A program made the position numbers and the translations under genes. The notes beneath the pieces were generated by a model. The model was not told the origin of the DNA, did not search any database, and saw only the letters and a program-made list of their open reading frames with translations. Source: Anthoceros angustus (taxonomy: Eukaryota; Plantae; Anthocerotophyta). Taken from it: a stretch of 64,000 nucleotides of DNA. This document shows, one piece after another, positions 24,268 to 37,966 of this stretch. The stretch spans positions 1 to 64,000 of the forward strand of contig MU008229.1 in NCBI GenBank assembly GCA_010909165.1, written 5' to 3'. Positions within the stretch are counted from its first letter, which is position 1; each line of letters starts with the position of its first letter.

Positions 24268-26012
24268 TTATTCGGAATCAGAGTCATCATAAGCTGCACA
24301 TAGCGATGCCAGCGAGGTATCTGCCACCTTCGTGGCAGTGACTGGCTCACTTGTTGGCGAGCCTTCCGTAACATTCCCTTCCCCAACTTGCACCACTGTT
24401 GGATTTGAAGCCACCTTGGGTTTCACGTTGAATGCAACAGCCTTTGGCCTTAGGGCAAATCCAGGAGCTGGCTTCTGACTGCTCCTACTTGGCTCGCCTG
24501 CAACAGTTCATCGACCGCAATGGAAGTTGATAAGTTTTACGGGATGTTATCTTCTTACTTGGTTTCAAAAAGTACCAGGACACAACTCGAGCGGACACGT
24601 ACCTTGCAGGTTTTGATTTGGCACGTGCTCTACCAGTGGATCCTTCGCAGAACCAGTTGAACTGCTAAAAATTTGCGCTGCAAATGCATGTAAGAAGCGT
24701 GAGGAGCCATATAACCTCTACGAACATGCCAAGGGCTACCACTGGCTACGACAGCTTTCTCATGTACCTTCTTGTTCGGTGACATTCCTACAGCTTCTTC
24801 ATCGCCCTCGACATCTTCAGCATCGTCATCATCCAGCTGCCGCACGTACTTGGCAGAATTCTGCAGCAGTAGATTCCGGGGTTTATAGTTTACCTTGTGA
24901 TTTATGAATGAACCATATATGAGGCGAGTAGAGCCTGGCAACAGAAAAACATCACGAAGGAGAGTAGGGATGCTTGTCAGAACCTGGAACACAATGGTGC
25001 GAATAAGAGCTTCATCTTCCTCTGCTAACTCTTTGTCCTGCACAAGAAGAAGCTTTCGCTGTCAGGAATGAGTCCAAGCACCAGAGGAGAACTCAGACAA
25101 ATACGAGGCATATGAGCGCACCCTCTGCTGCTGTGTCTGCTTCAGAGCCTGCAGCATTTCCTCGGTACCGACAGTGGCATGCCGTGCCTGCAGCACAGGA
25201 AGAAAGTTGTTACCTCCAAATCCAGGAACATCACCACAAGAAGTGCAACAAGCACATGAGGACGAATTTCAAAAACGTGGAAGTATACCAAGCACATACC
25301 CTCATTGACTTCATCTCATCCAGGGCGGCAAGGATGTCCATTTCTTGCTTTGAGTCAATGGTGCGATTCTCCAGGGCTTTCATAGCATCACCCATCTCCT
25401 CTGCATCCTCTTCTTCTTCGCATCGTCTATAGCCTGTGCAGCCAATTACAAAAATCAATATGCCTTAGACACAACCCAAAACGAAAGGTTAGCAACACAC
25501 TTCATTTAATCCTCCAAGATGCTGCCATAAACCCTAAACCCTGCTCACAGCACATCCTCACCTCGTCTGCTGCCCGCCAAGGCTCAAAATTGCGGGTAGC
25601 ACCAGCCTCCATCACATAGTCACTATTCTGGGGGTCTGTCTTCATCGTCAGTTCCGCAGAGCACCGGCTGCATTTGAAATAGAATCTAAAGATTTGGATC
25701 CCCAAGTACGTCTGCAAGCCCACAACATATGGGTCACTGACTAGCTCTCACAGACACATCCAACAGTTTCGTTAACCTAACTCTCAAGACAACTGGAGCG
25801 AGCTGTGAGCCCACCTCCCCAATACAATCCTCTTTGCGAGAATTGAACTTGGTGCCTTTGTAAATGTAGTTGCCACAGGTGTTGCATCTGATGCTCATGG
25901 GAAGCATCATCCGCACCTTAATCTGCTGATTTTTAGCCTGCCTCCGGCGTGGAATCTTGGCCGGATCGAAATCCGGCGGATAATACTTGTTGAGCACCTT
26001 ACGTTCTCCCAT
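24268..26012 (-). CDS. YJU2: Splicing factor YJU2/CCDC94 (CWC16 family), multi-exon
   Basis: [92 protein letters not shown], and C-terminal [15 protein letters not shown]. Confidence 0.95.
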
Positions 26013-26439
26013 TTCGGCTGCACGAAGCGCAACAGAGCCGGAATCCTCGGAGTACCGCAGCCACCACCCTCTGTACCTGCGTCTTGCCTTTCGGTGCCGT
26101 GAAATCGCAGCTCGCTGACGAGCGAGGCCAAAGAGAAAAAACAGCTCTGGATTTCCAGGCCGGTTTCACACAAGTCAGACGTAGGAGTAGCCTTTCACGG
26201 TGACCACTGACATGTCCAGTAGATTGAACCCGTATAAGACTAAATTAGGGATTTTTTTAAAACAAAAAGAAGGAACACCCGCTTCCACTTAAGGACATAG
26301 AAAACCCCGAGGTCACAATAAAGAAGGAGCAACTAAGCTCTTTGTCTAGAGTCACTCACAATACTTGTTATGTCATAACTAGGGAGATAGAATAACCTAT
26401 ATGTTGTTGAACTAGTCAAGGATGCATATCCGGCCGTGG

Positions 26440-26750
26440 CTACGGTCCATAAGACTGCAAGTACCTTTTGGAGGGCAATGGATACCCGCTGCCGAAAGAA
26501 TGCTATTAAATAGAAGAGGTAGCTCGTTGCATATCTCCTATTTAATACAGGTAGCTCATTCCATATGTCCTTGCATGGTATGCTTTGGCACAGGACTTAT
26601 AACTTTATCAAAGTCCTTAGCTGATGCCCAATAAGTCTCCAAGGCAAGCGTGGTGAAGAGGTGGTCTACCTCCATTCCCCTATACTAAATATCCTTGAAA
26701 GGTGCCGCTCTAGCTGCCGCCCAACCTAGACGGTTTAGGATAATTAGGCA
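26440..26750 (-). mobile_element. Degenerate 3' fragment of the CRE-like non-LTR element (restriction-like endonuclease region)
   Basis: Broken translation LGWAAARAA...HLFTTLALETY...KDFDK...IAFFRQRVSIALQK matches PNWVAAGAAA...HFFILLALETYG...YFRHRVSIALQR at 63362-63790. Confidence 0.7.
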
Positions 26751-27349
26751 AATTGCATAGATTACCTACGTTCTTCCATCATACCAATATGAGTACCTAG
26801 GTAGGTAACCCTCCTCGATTATTGTGACTTTGTAGCCTTCTCCAAACTCTTTATTAGGTATCTAGATTATGGGGACTTTGGGTTGGGGCACTAGGCATAT
26901 GTCCAATGATTACCGTTTACACAAATAAATTTAATATTAAAATTTTTTGAATTATTATATATAAATTTTGTTTAATTTATTAATTTATATTATAAGAGAT
27001 CCACTATCTTACAAAGAATGTCCAGCCAACATGGTTGCAAACCCGGAGTTTCTCATGTTCTTTTGCTCCTCCTTAACTTGTATATTCAAACTGCTTGTGG
27101 TCATTGTCTCATGACTTTGAGCCTTTCCCAAACTTTGACCATATCGACGGCTTCGATTTGGACACTATCATATCAATAGGGGCTCAAACATGTTTTGCGA
27201 ACTTCCTAAATTGAGCATTTTCTCGCTTTGAGAGGACATGACTCATCATGAGCGGAAGATTATGGAGGCGGAGTATGTTTGAGGCTCCCATGTTCTTATC
27301 TTAATGACAAGTTTTGAAAGAGGGGTCTCAAACTTAAACTTAAACGGTT

Positions 27350-29756
27350 ACCCGCCTACGATCGAAATATCCATTTCCTCCACATTCAACGACAAGCCCG
27401 CCACATTCAACGACAAGCCCGATTCGATGGGCATTGGGGAATACACCACTTGTATGCAACACAAATAGCACATTCTCGCTCACGTTCATCCTTGGCATTT
27501 GTGTTTTCCCTCTTCCGTCATGTGAAAGATTTCTCTACATCCTCTTCCTTCTCTCGCATCCTTTGCATTCCTACATCTTTCCTACATAGAGCTCATACCC
27601 TCTACGGTATGCNGTGGACCAACTGGATTAATGTGGTCTACGGAGGGAAGGAACCTATGCTGCTGAAGGGGGTCCTTTGCAACGTTTGGGAAATGATGCT
27701 CACCTCTGGCCAGGCACTATGTGTGTCACCCCCTCGTCGGTTGAAGCAGAAGGACTGGTTTCATGCTGGTTTTATGCTATTTGAAACAGAGGGCACCTGG
27801 AATCGTACATGCCCTTGGATCAGGGATTCTACTTGATGATAGGCAGGCCGGAGTTGCATGCTAAACGAGAGAGGGGGCTCCCTTGGTGGCTCCTTTACTT
27901 ACAGGTGTCGTCGGGGTGGAAGAGATGGTTTCAGGAAGGGTCTCGGCGGATACGTTGGGATTGCTGGCTTTTCTTGCCAGATTGCATGCGCGAATTGGCC
28001 GTTAGAGCTCAAATGTCGAACACTAGGGGGGGTTGGGGGTGCTTGGTTTGGACTTGGTATCATTTCTTAAACTTAACCATTTCTGGAAGTCTTAGGTTTG
28101 CTGTCTGGTTGGATTTGCCTGCTTTTTCGCGTGTTTTTCTAATTCAGTTCAGGATCGGATTTCCCGTTCAGGATAGGATTTCCCGTTCAGGATAGGATTT
28201 CCCGCCCAGTCTTACGGGTTGGGAAAGCTTTCAGACGACTGTTCGAGTGCCTGGAAGTCCGAATGTGGTTTAGTCGATTTCTAGATAAGTCGATTCGAAT
28301 GTGTGTGCATTTGTTGCAGTCGTCAGTCAGTTTTGATCATGAGACCCACGAGTCTCAAAATGTTGCTGGCCGTTTTGTGTTGTGCCAAGTGCATTAATGA
28401 CAGGTTGCTACTCTCCGACACGACGTTCCGTAAGGAGGCATCTTTCCCTGACCACACTCATTTTGTACTTATGTACCTAATGATGTCGTGCGGGCCGCCT
28501 CCGCCCCTCATTAAGGGTTATTTAGGTGGTACAAGCCCTCCCTTCTGTTTGCGCGGGGGCAGTATCTCGTCCTTGCGGTGCGGAATGCGAAGTCTGCCAG
28601 CCATGCTCTGTGCCTCATGGCATAAAATAGCGTTCTGTGCAAGCGGATTTCAGAGGCGGCAAGCAAGGGCTGCTACGCCGTCAACCCACATGTGCCTCCA
28701 CCACACCATCGAGTACCACATCCATGAACGGCTGTTGGCGGAGGGCCTTCACCTCCTCATGAAGCTCCTGCGGAAGGGGATTGGAAAGGACAACCAGCTT
28801 CTGCGGGTGACCTGATCGAGGTGTGTGTAAGAAGACGATTTATCCAGCTGTCGGTGGCAGGTGCGGGGCCTCGTCTTGTGGATGACGCGTGGGAGCTCCG
28901 CTGCATTCTGCCACCCCTCAGAGGCTTGGTAGTCTCGACGCACCGGTTCTGTTAGTTGACACTTCGCAGTGAGGCTGGCAACCAATTCGGCCTCCGCCCA
29001 CATCCGAGTCCAGTGATTACTGAGCGGTTGCTGTTACACCGAGCTTCTTCCAGCCGTACAAAGCGTTCATTTTGGGACTCGTGGCTGCAGGCGACGTGTT
29101 CATGGAAGGGTGTGATAGGCTGGATTATTTGAAGTGTCTGCTTGAGGAAGTTGACCTTGTCGCTCGCAGGAGGGATGGAAGGTTTCTGACATGCCTGCCT
29201 CAGTACAGAGAAATGGCACTCCGGAGAATCAGAGTGCTGGTTCATGATGCGGTTTGTCGACTGGCTGCCTGGGACTGGAATCATTCTGATGTCGCTGAAT
29301 CTCCTTGGAATGTGAATCGTGTTTTACAGGTGGGTGGGTAAGTCCTCACTCTCGCTCCCGAGAATGGAGTTCCTCTGGCGGATAGTCTCCAGCTGCTTCA
29401 TGTTGTCCGACACGCGTTGTCACTGGTAAGGAGAAGACTGGTGGTTCCAACAGAGGTCCCACTGTCTCAGACTGATACCGTGCAGGGCTTATGCAACATT
29501 GGGGGCTTGGGTCTCTGCTGATACTCGAAAGGAAGGAGCTCGAAGGGTTAGGATAGATACATTTTTAAGGCCTCTTATTAGGTCTGAAAAGAACCTCCTT
29601 CGTAGAGCCCCCCAAACCTTTGGAGGGGGTGAGGTAAATAATATCCTTCCCGAGGTCCTGCTTCCAGACCCGATGGAATTTCAAGCTCCACCGCATTGTA
29701 ATCTCCGGAGCACATTGTTAACCATTATTTGATCTTTTTCAATACAAAAAAAAACA
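27350..29756. mobile_element. Unclassified degenerate element, possibly retroelement-derived
   Basis: Many short broken ORFs, small internal duplications (27381-27420, 28155-28205) and an A-run end near 29745-29756. No diagnostic domain recognised. Confidence 0.25.
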
Positions 29757-29879
29757 TTATGGCAGTCCTGAACACAAGAGATAGCCTCTTCTCTATGTTT
29801 ATGCTGGCCATTCCCTTGTGGCTGGAGCTTGATCTCTAGTGCCACTACAAGAATTGCTCCCCTTCTTCCCCTTGGGAAC

Positions 29880-30200
29880 TTACCTTGACGGAAGCTGAAT
29901 CTCTAGCTTACCCTGATGGAAACTGAATCTCTAGCTCCCGTTAGGATCTACTCCCACTGATAGAAACTGAATCTCTGGCTCCCGTTAGGATCTACTCCCA
30001 CCTCGTCATACACATAAACAGAAACTCGAATTACATCAACCGGCCACCTTCCGTTTGGATCTGGTCCCACCTCGTCGTACACATAAACAATACAGAGAAA
30101 TTCAAATTACACCAACCGGCCACCTTCCTCACCTCCGTGATACATAAAAACAATGCAGAGAAACTCAAATTACACCAACCGGCCACCTTCCTACTTCAGT
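29880..30200. repeat. Cluster of short degenerate direct repeats
   Basis: GAAACTGAATCTCT(A/G)GCT x3, CTCCCGTTAGGATCTACTCCCAC x2, AATTACA(C/T)CAACCGGCCACCTTCC x3. Confidence 0.75.
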
Positions 30201-30430
30201 CGGTCAATAAAATTGCTTGCTCTACTTTGATGTCAAAATAACAAGACAAGGGCAGATTAATCCAGAAGTTCAACAATTAACTATCCAACTCCGATCTATA
30301 TGGAAACTCAGATCTATATCCATTTAGGATATAAGGGGTTAATAGGTAGACCATTGTTTTCATCCGGCTTGTCATAAACTTAGATATAAGGTATTGTAGA
30401 TAGCGATTGCCATAACTTAGATTGTGATGA

Positions 30431-30457
30431 GAAGAAGAAGAAGAAGAAGAAGAAGAA
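30431..30457. repeat. (GAA)9 microsatellite
   Basis: Seen directly. Confidence 0.95.
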
Positions 30458-31243
30458 TTTTATTTAAGTCCACTAAGACGGATTTCCGTCATAGGACTTG
30501 ATACTTAACAACAACTTGTACCATGGTGTGCCTAAGCTACTTGCACCAAGGGCATCCACTCCCTTTAGACACCATCTAAGTACCCATCCAAGCGCTCAGG
30601 ATGCTTAATCACAGCGTTCTTATAAATGTGTGTCCATTTGGCCTAGGCTATTTGGACACACATTTGGCTATGAGGCTTGTAGCTGACTTGTGATATGAGG
30701 TGTTCATATCTAGGTAGACCCTGGTTGTTGGGGGCCTGTCGTGGAATATATAAGGTAGATAGCCCCTTTGTCGTATGGATCACGCCTCCATTTTAGTGCT
30801 ACTAAGGGGCCAGGTGCCTATAGAAGGCTCCTCGGTGTCCTTCCACCATCAAGGTGAGACAACTTGGATACACGAAGACGGGGAAGGGGGCTCTTCCGGA
30901 GGTGACTGAATCACTTTCCCCTCGGTTTGTTCAGTGAACCCTGTGCCCGCTGTTGTGCTGTTTGCCTTGCTTGTTACTGCCCGTGTTTGGATGTACATAA
31001 ACGTGTGACTTTCAGGTTGAGTACCCTGATGAATGATCTGCACAGTGAAACTATGCTACTTTTCATTGATGTGGGGAAGACTAGACAGCGTTCCCTACAG
31101 CTGTGTTGCCCACCTCTATCCCTCATACGGGCTTACCAATGCAGCCAAAGACCTGGGGCAGTGTGTTTCTATAGCAAGCCACAACAGGCAAGCAGGGTAG
31201 TACAGAGCTTTAGACGTAAAGGGAGGAGCAAAATGCACAACAG

Positions 31244-34200
31244 TCAAATGCCGTTCCGATTAGCTGCCTGCGAGTAATTGGCATCCATGAAAAAACCTGT
31301 TTTGCTGAGGGTAGGGTGAGCTCGAGGAAACAAAGACACCGGAAGAGGATACCCACCATCTCCCTGGTGGCCGCCTTGGTCATCAAATGCCCTTCGGGAC
31401 ACTGAGAGTGGCAATGGAGGAAGGAAGGGGAAGGGAACATTAGAGGTTGAATAGAGAGAACTGTTTTGGGCCTCTGCCGACGTTCTCTTTACCGGATTTC
31501 GTGAGACTCTCACTGGCCTGTTTGCAGCCTGGTACGCGGGAGCGGCAGACCAATGCTCCACGAAGGTGCTGTTGTCGTTGACAAGCACGTCTTCAAAAGC
31601 TTTCAGCTGCCACTGCACATCCAGTCCTCCATTATCAGCCCCTTCAGAAGCGAGCGTCCCAGCGGCCCGTGAGGGTGTCTCCTCAAGGTGGTGGAAGCTA
31701 GTCTTCGCAACTGCGTCCGATTCCATCTCACGCCATCCAGCCTCTGCCGGCCTAGCAGCACAAGAAAAGGCAGAAGGGTATACTCCGGCCCTGCTGTCGA
31801 CCTGCCTGATTACTTCCACCGGAGGACGACAGCATTCAAGCTGGGTACCCACTTCTGGAGCACCAAAAGTCTGCGGCTCAAAATGCCCACCATCGCCGAG
31901 TGGAGGGTTCACTCTGGTGCTGAATACAGCTGCAACCTGTTCCTGGTGACGCTGCACTCTAAAGAGTTCATCAGCATGGTCCAGCTCACTCGACGTAGAC
32001 TTCGAGGGGCAAAGCATGGATGGTCTGGCATCTGGAGAGACTCTGCTGTCGGATGTGCGAAAGTTACTACCCGGCAACCCAGACCGAGCTTCACCCCACC
32101 TTCCTTCAGTTAGTTCACATCCCGAGCCCATTCCCTTCCCACCTTGCTGCTGAGACTCCACACAAGCCCTGCTGCCACTGTCAGCCGGGCTGACACCCAA
32201 CTCGGAATACGAGGACGCAGCATAATATGGGGTCCGGCCTCCACCGCTGCCCGAAGCAGAAACATCAGGAGTTGGATGCGCTCTCTTCATGTGGCGTCTC
32301 AGATTCTTCTTCGAGGAAAAGGTTCCTGGACAGACGGTGCAAAAATGGCCTTTGTCCGGTTGGTTCGGCTTGAGCAAAGCTCCCTTCTCCTCGAGTCCTG
32401 AAAGCCCCATTGACACTTGAGTGTGGATGCTACATGTTCCGTGATTATCCAGAATTCAAAAGCCCAAATACTAAGGAGCTAAAAGTACCTGGAGCACTAG
32501 CACGCTCACGGACCTCTGTAGAAATACCAGACCCGGTGTCTGTACCATTAGCACTTTCACCTTGCCCATATTTCCTCTCCCTCATCTGTTTGGCTGGGAG
32601 GCAGCCTCTGTTCTTCACCACCACTCCAGTGGCTGACTGTACAAAATCCGCAGCCTCTTTGAATGTTCCAAAAACTTTGCCTTCCGGACTGAGCACGAAT
32701 TCCACACAGCAGATTAGTTAACAAGAGTGGCTCCCACACAAGAGGCGCACAGACAGAACATGCATTACCTTTTCCAGCTTCTGTACTCGAGAGTAGCCCG
32801 TCCACCCTTTGTCCTCAAGAAAACACAGACAGTCCATCCCTCAGGAAAATTGTCAGCTATCACTACTTTCCGCTTTTCAGTGAGCCACTTCCCCTCAATA
32901 GCAGCTAAGCGGCGCTCCATCTCTTCCTTGAGCTTGAGCTTTTTGGGTGACCTAGGGGGAGTTGCAAACTCGGCTTTCTCCTTCCCTTGGCTCTTGAGAA
33001 CTTGCCTTGCAATCGAAGAAAGACTACAAATTGCACTCGCATGGGGCTCTTCAGGAATCGTACTTGATCCCTTGTTCAGACGTTGGGCTCCATGATCAAT
33101 CTCCACAGTTGAGGAACCCGTGAACTGCGGATTATCCGTCACTCCAAGACCTGACCATACCCCTTGAGAAGAATTGCACATGATCTCATTCGTGTTTTGT
33201 AGCAGCTGTATGCAAGCTGGGAGGACATCGTTCGCTGGTGTGACTGATCTTATGCTGCAGTCATCTGGCAACTCCCCCTTCGTTTCTGCTGCATAACATT
33301 CTTCTGAGCTTTCTCTTGATTCCTTGCTCAGCCGTTGGGCTCCGTGATCAATCTCCAAAGTGGAGGAACCCGTGAACTGCGGATTATCCGTCACTCCAAG
33401 ACCTGCCCATACCCCTTGAGAAGAATTGCACATTATCCCATTAGCGTTTTGCAGCTGTATGCAGGGTGACACATCGTTTGCTGGTGTGACCGATCTTATG
33501 CTGCAGTCATCAGGCAACTCCACCTTCATTGCTGCTGCATAACATTCTGCTGAGCTTTCTCTTGATTCCTTGTTCAGTCGTTGGGCTCCGTGATCAATCT
33601 CCACAGTGGAGGAACCCGTGAACTGTGGATTATCCGTCACTCCAAGACCTGCCCAAACACCTTGAGAAGAATTGCACATGATCTCATTGGCGTTTTGCAG
33701 CTGTATGCAAGGTGACACATCGTTCGCTGGTATGCTGGAGTCATCAGGCAACCCCGCCTTCGTTGCTGCTGCATAACATTGTGCTGAGCTTTCTCTTACC
33801 CATGGTTCTAGCGTATATATACCATCATGGGCAAGACCTTTCTCCAGCTTAGACTTCTTTGTGTCCGGGGCTGCGGAAGAGTGCTGGGCATGAGACAGCT
33901 TCCGTTTACCACCCCTGCTCTCTAACTTAGGCTTTCCGAAAGCGGACATACGGCTGGATGTCAACATCTGCATTATCCTCTCCAGCATGCCACCCCCCTC
34001 TTCCTCACTCTGATATCTTACTGCTGACCCATCTTCAAGGTCCCTGGGCATAAAATCCTGCACATCATCCTGCTCCCCCTCAATGCCATTAACACTTGCC
34101 ACTGAAACCGGTTGATCGACACCACCACCAGTCTGCCCAGCTTCTGCATTTTCAGCTCCACTTAATGCGAGGTCATCCTGTTTGGTGGCTAAGACTGAGC

Positions 34201-35416
34201 TCATGAGGAACGTATCGGCCCTGGGAGAACTGCATTTCTTCATGGGCGTAAAGTCTCTAGCTGCTGTATCCTCCCAGGCTCTCCTGTTCGTAATATGTTG
34301 CCGATAGTCACCCACATCTTCCTCACTCTGACCTCTTACTGCTGACCCATCTTCAAGGTCCATGGGCATTATGTCTTGCATATCATCCTGTTCCCTCTCA
34401 ATGACATTACCACTTGCCAGCAAGACCGGCTGATCGACACCGCCACCAGTCTGCCCAGCTTCTGCAACTTCAGCTCCACTTACTGCCAGGACATCCTCTT
34501 TGCTGGCTAAGACCGAGCTCACGAGGAACGCCTCGTCCCTGGGAGAACTGAATTTCTCAATGGGCGTAAGGTCTCCAGCTGCTGCATCCTGCCAGGCTCT
34601 CCCGTTCGGAATTTGGTGCCGGTAGCCACCCCCAGCTTCCTCACTCTGACACCTCACTGCTAACCCATCTTCAGGGTCCATGGGGATATTGTCTTGCTTA
34701 TCATCCTGCTCCCTCTCAATGCCGTTGCCACTTGCCACCAAGACCGGTCGATAGACACCGCCACCAGACGGCCCAGCTCCTACAACTTCACCTCCACTTA
34801 CTGCCAGGACATCCTGTTTGCTGGCTAAAACCGACCTCCAAAGGAACGTATCGGGCCTGGGAGAACTGCATTTCTGAATGGGCGTAAGGTCTCCAGCTGC
34901 TGTATCCTGCCGGGCCCTCCTGTTCGGAACTTGTGGCCGGTACTGAGATGGGCGAATCACACTACCCCTCGACTTTTTCCGTGTCCTCCTGCTCTTACCT
35001 ACTTCTAGAATCCCAGCCTTCTTACTTGGCCTGGCAGCATCCTGGCCCTTCTGCTGCAGATTCACTGCCGGCGTATCCACAGCAACTGGCTTGGGCAGCA
35101 AGTCTTCCCAGTTGCGGTACGTCTGTTTCCTGCTGCCCTCACTCTCATTGAACAACCTCCTATCTATCCTCGGCACGATGATCTGAGAGTGGTACTGGTG
35201 AGCTAACAAGCCTCCGTGACATTTGGCTAGGAGAAGAAGCTCATCCTGGGCGAACTGATCCAAACTGATCCCCGGAAGTCTGAGCATGTCCACTCGAATT
35301 TCAGCTGAACTGTATGCAGCAGCTCTGCAGGGCCCTTCACTCAGGCCCGTCATGATATGCGGATCAACTGGCACCCTTTCTCTTCCGCAATATCCCCTGC
35401 TCTCCCGCAATATCAT
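31244..35416 (-). CDS. MBD8: MBD8-like protein (methyl-CpG-binding domain plus C2H2 finger) with internal tandem repeats
   Basis: N-terminal IVPRIDRRLFNESEGSRKQTY resembles the Arabidopsis MBD8 motif PKIDRSVFNESAGSRKQTF. MBD-like FPEGWTVCVFLRTKGG...LSPEGKVFGTFKEAADFV, then FCTVCPGTFSSKKNLRRHMKRAH. Start and last exon (possibly to 30849) uncertain. Confidence 0.8.
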
Positions 35417-36167
35417 GCACCTCTGCAGGGCCCTTCATTCAGGACCCGTCATGGTATGCGCATCAACTGGGCCCAGCTCTTCCGCACTATCATTCACATG
35501 CCACCTACCACCCACCAGTCCGGAAACCGATACCGAAGAGCTTTACGGCCCAGCTAAGACCATAACACGACGATATCACTGGGAGGGTTGGGCGCAGATC
35601 GCTTGCAATCCATTCACCACGATGAATGCCCTCCTATTCCGGATCCAACCCAACAGCGTCCCTCAGGACTGTGACCTCGGTCAGCAGACCCCCAGCAAGC
35701 AGCTGCCTGCGTCGCATTGTTTGGCCCATATTTGGCCACTTCTGCAACAACCCATTCTACCACGGTCTCTTCATTCCGAAACTCCAGGGAAAAACTTTTT
35801 TGCCCAGCAGCCTCTCAGCCTCAGCTTCAGCCTCAGCCTCCGGGTGCTGTCATGCCCCAGGCCCAATTTTACGGATATTGTGCCCTATCGGGCCGTCGAT
35901 TGGTCGTGAATACCATTCCACAGATCTGAAGCTGTAACGATGGAAGTCGTGAATCAGCATTTAGCATGTCATAAGCCTAGAACCGAATGAGTGCTCTGCC
36001 TAGAAGATCTTAAAGTCTGGAGCTCCTGTCGCAGTAGTCCATGGTACATTCAATGATGCGTTAAGTATGTGGTGAGCTGGTGGGTTTGATGCCTGTCTCT
36101 TGCGGTTTCTATTGGTGAGAATCCGATGGCAGCACGTTTTATCCTTGTCTGCTCTTGTGTTTGCAGT

Positions 36168-37700
36168 GAGTTCCTTTGGAAGAGAAGGGAGAAAGAAAGA
36201 TTGCCCCCAAATCCTCCCCAGTGTTCAAGCGTACGACTTCATTACATTTCGGGGTCTGTGATTGAGGTAGGAATTCGTCCGCTCACGATAGGTTTAGAGT
36301 GGTTCTGAGCTAGGGAACCGTCGGCTCAGAGCTGGCAGCAGAAATGGTTAATGTGAGACCTTATGTGCGCATGATTTGCAAGTGAAGTCCTTCCTTGCTG
36401 TGCAACCTTCGCATCAGCCACCAAGTGAGCCAGCAATTATAGCTCTTCAGGTACGCCTTAGCACCGAACCTACTGTAGGGGAAACTGCGAGGTGGCTATG
36501 GTTTATGGGATAGAATGCTGCTTTAATGCAGTGATTCGTATCGCTTGTGCTTGAGCTAACTTGTCAAGGAGGAACTAGGCTGGGAGTGGGCTGGTCATCT
36601 CTTGTGTGTTTTTGCCATCGTCAGCAGATTTCGGATGTGTATATTGTCTTCTGAACAGTCCCAAGATACTCAACCAGCATCCTTGGCCCCGGAATACGTG
36701 CCTTTTGTCAGTTGGTCCTCTTACAGATGCTAGCCTACCTGCAGCACATGGAGGCATCAGGTCACCTGCCTGTAGAGGCAGTGTCCCACCCATGTACCTG
36801 CCAGCTGCTGGGATGGGGTCTTGGGGTGTTCCCCGTATGCCTGGTGTCAATGGAACAGGCATTGCGATGCCTATGTATTGGCAGGTTTATTACAGGCCCC
36901 CTAGTGGACAGACGCTGTTACAACCAAAGCCCGTACCTGTACCCAGCTTTGCACCGCAAAATGTTTTGCAAGCTGCTGCACGGTCTTATCTTTCATCGTC
37001 GGCATCATTGTCTGGAGTCCCAACTGATAGTGTCTCCAGTCGGGAAAATGTGGCCTTTGCAAATGCTCCTCCACCACCTATAACCGGTTGCCATCCAACC
37101 TTACGTCCCTGCAGCTATATTTGAGCCCTTGACAGCGGCATCGTTCCCTGCCTCCCGTGCAGCTTCTACGCTGGTTGCTGCATCATGGCCCTCAGACCTC
37201 AGTTGTTCCTCCGGCTTCCCCCCACTGCAGTCCCAGCTGTGACTTCTCCTATTATTTCTGCAAGTGCAATCATCAGCGGGCCAAGTTCAGCAGCAGGCAA
37301 CCTTGCATCATCAGCATATGGAGTAAGTGCTGTGATAACCCCAGCAGCCACGAATCCTCGGAGGAGCAATGCTCATGGTCAATCCTTTATACGTGCATGG
37401 TGGTGGTGGTGGTGGTAGTGGTAGTGGTGGTGGTAGTGGTGGTGGTGGTGGTGGTACTGGACCTGTCTGCACGGGTTTGGCGGCGTCTGCACACTCAGCC
37501 GCTACAAAAGGGGTGTGGTTCAATGCCAGTGGGCAAATGCCACATGCCACTTGGAGCTCGCCAGCATCGGAAAGTTGCTGGGGGCCTTGAACCTTCCATT
37601 TTGTAACAGAATTTGCTAAAGTCAGAACATTAAATCTCCGCTGTAGCATCAGAGGATCTGCAGCAACCGGTCTCTAAACGGCTGCTACCTTTGCCTGTGA
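36168..37700 (+). CDS. Divergent, C-terminally truncated DCP5/LSM14-like gene (possibly a pseudogene)
   Basis: Exons SFGREGRKKDCPQILPSVQAYDFITFRG, DLQVKSFLAVQPSHQPPSEPAII and MGSWGVPRMPGVNGTGIAMPMYWQVYY resemble plant DCP5. No FDF/FFD/TFG boxes seen. Confidence 0.65.
37401..37455. repeat. (GGT)n microsatellite encoding a Gly/Ser run
   Basis: Seen directly. Confidence 0.9.
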
Positions 37701-37966
37701 AGTGAGTGCAACGTAAGACGGTGTTCACATCTCGTGCACACCTACCCTTCCCAGGTTTGTTGGTTTCATTGTGCAGTTGGTGGGGATTGGGTAGACATCT
37801 ATGCAATAGGAGCATAAAAAATATGATGAATTGTACTCTTGTAAGTGGTATATCATTTATCACATAGGTCTTGTAATATATACATAAACCTAGAACGACC
37901 ATGCATGGATTTTGGATTCTGAACTTTTCTCCCTATTTCTATGAGATTGGTATGTCTTTGTAGAAT

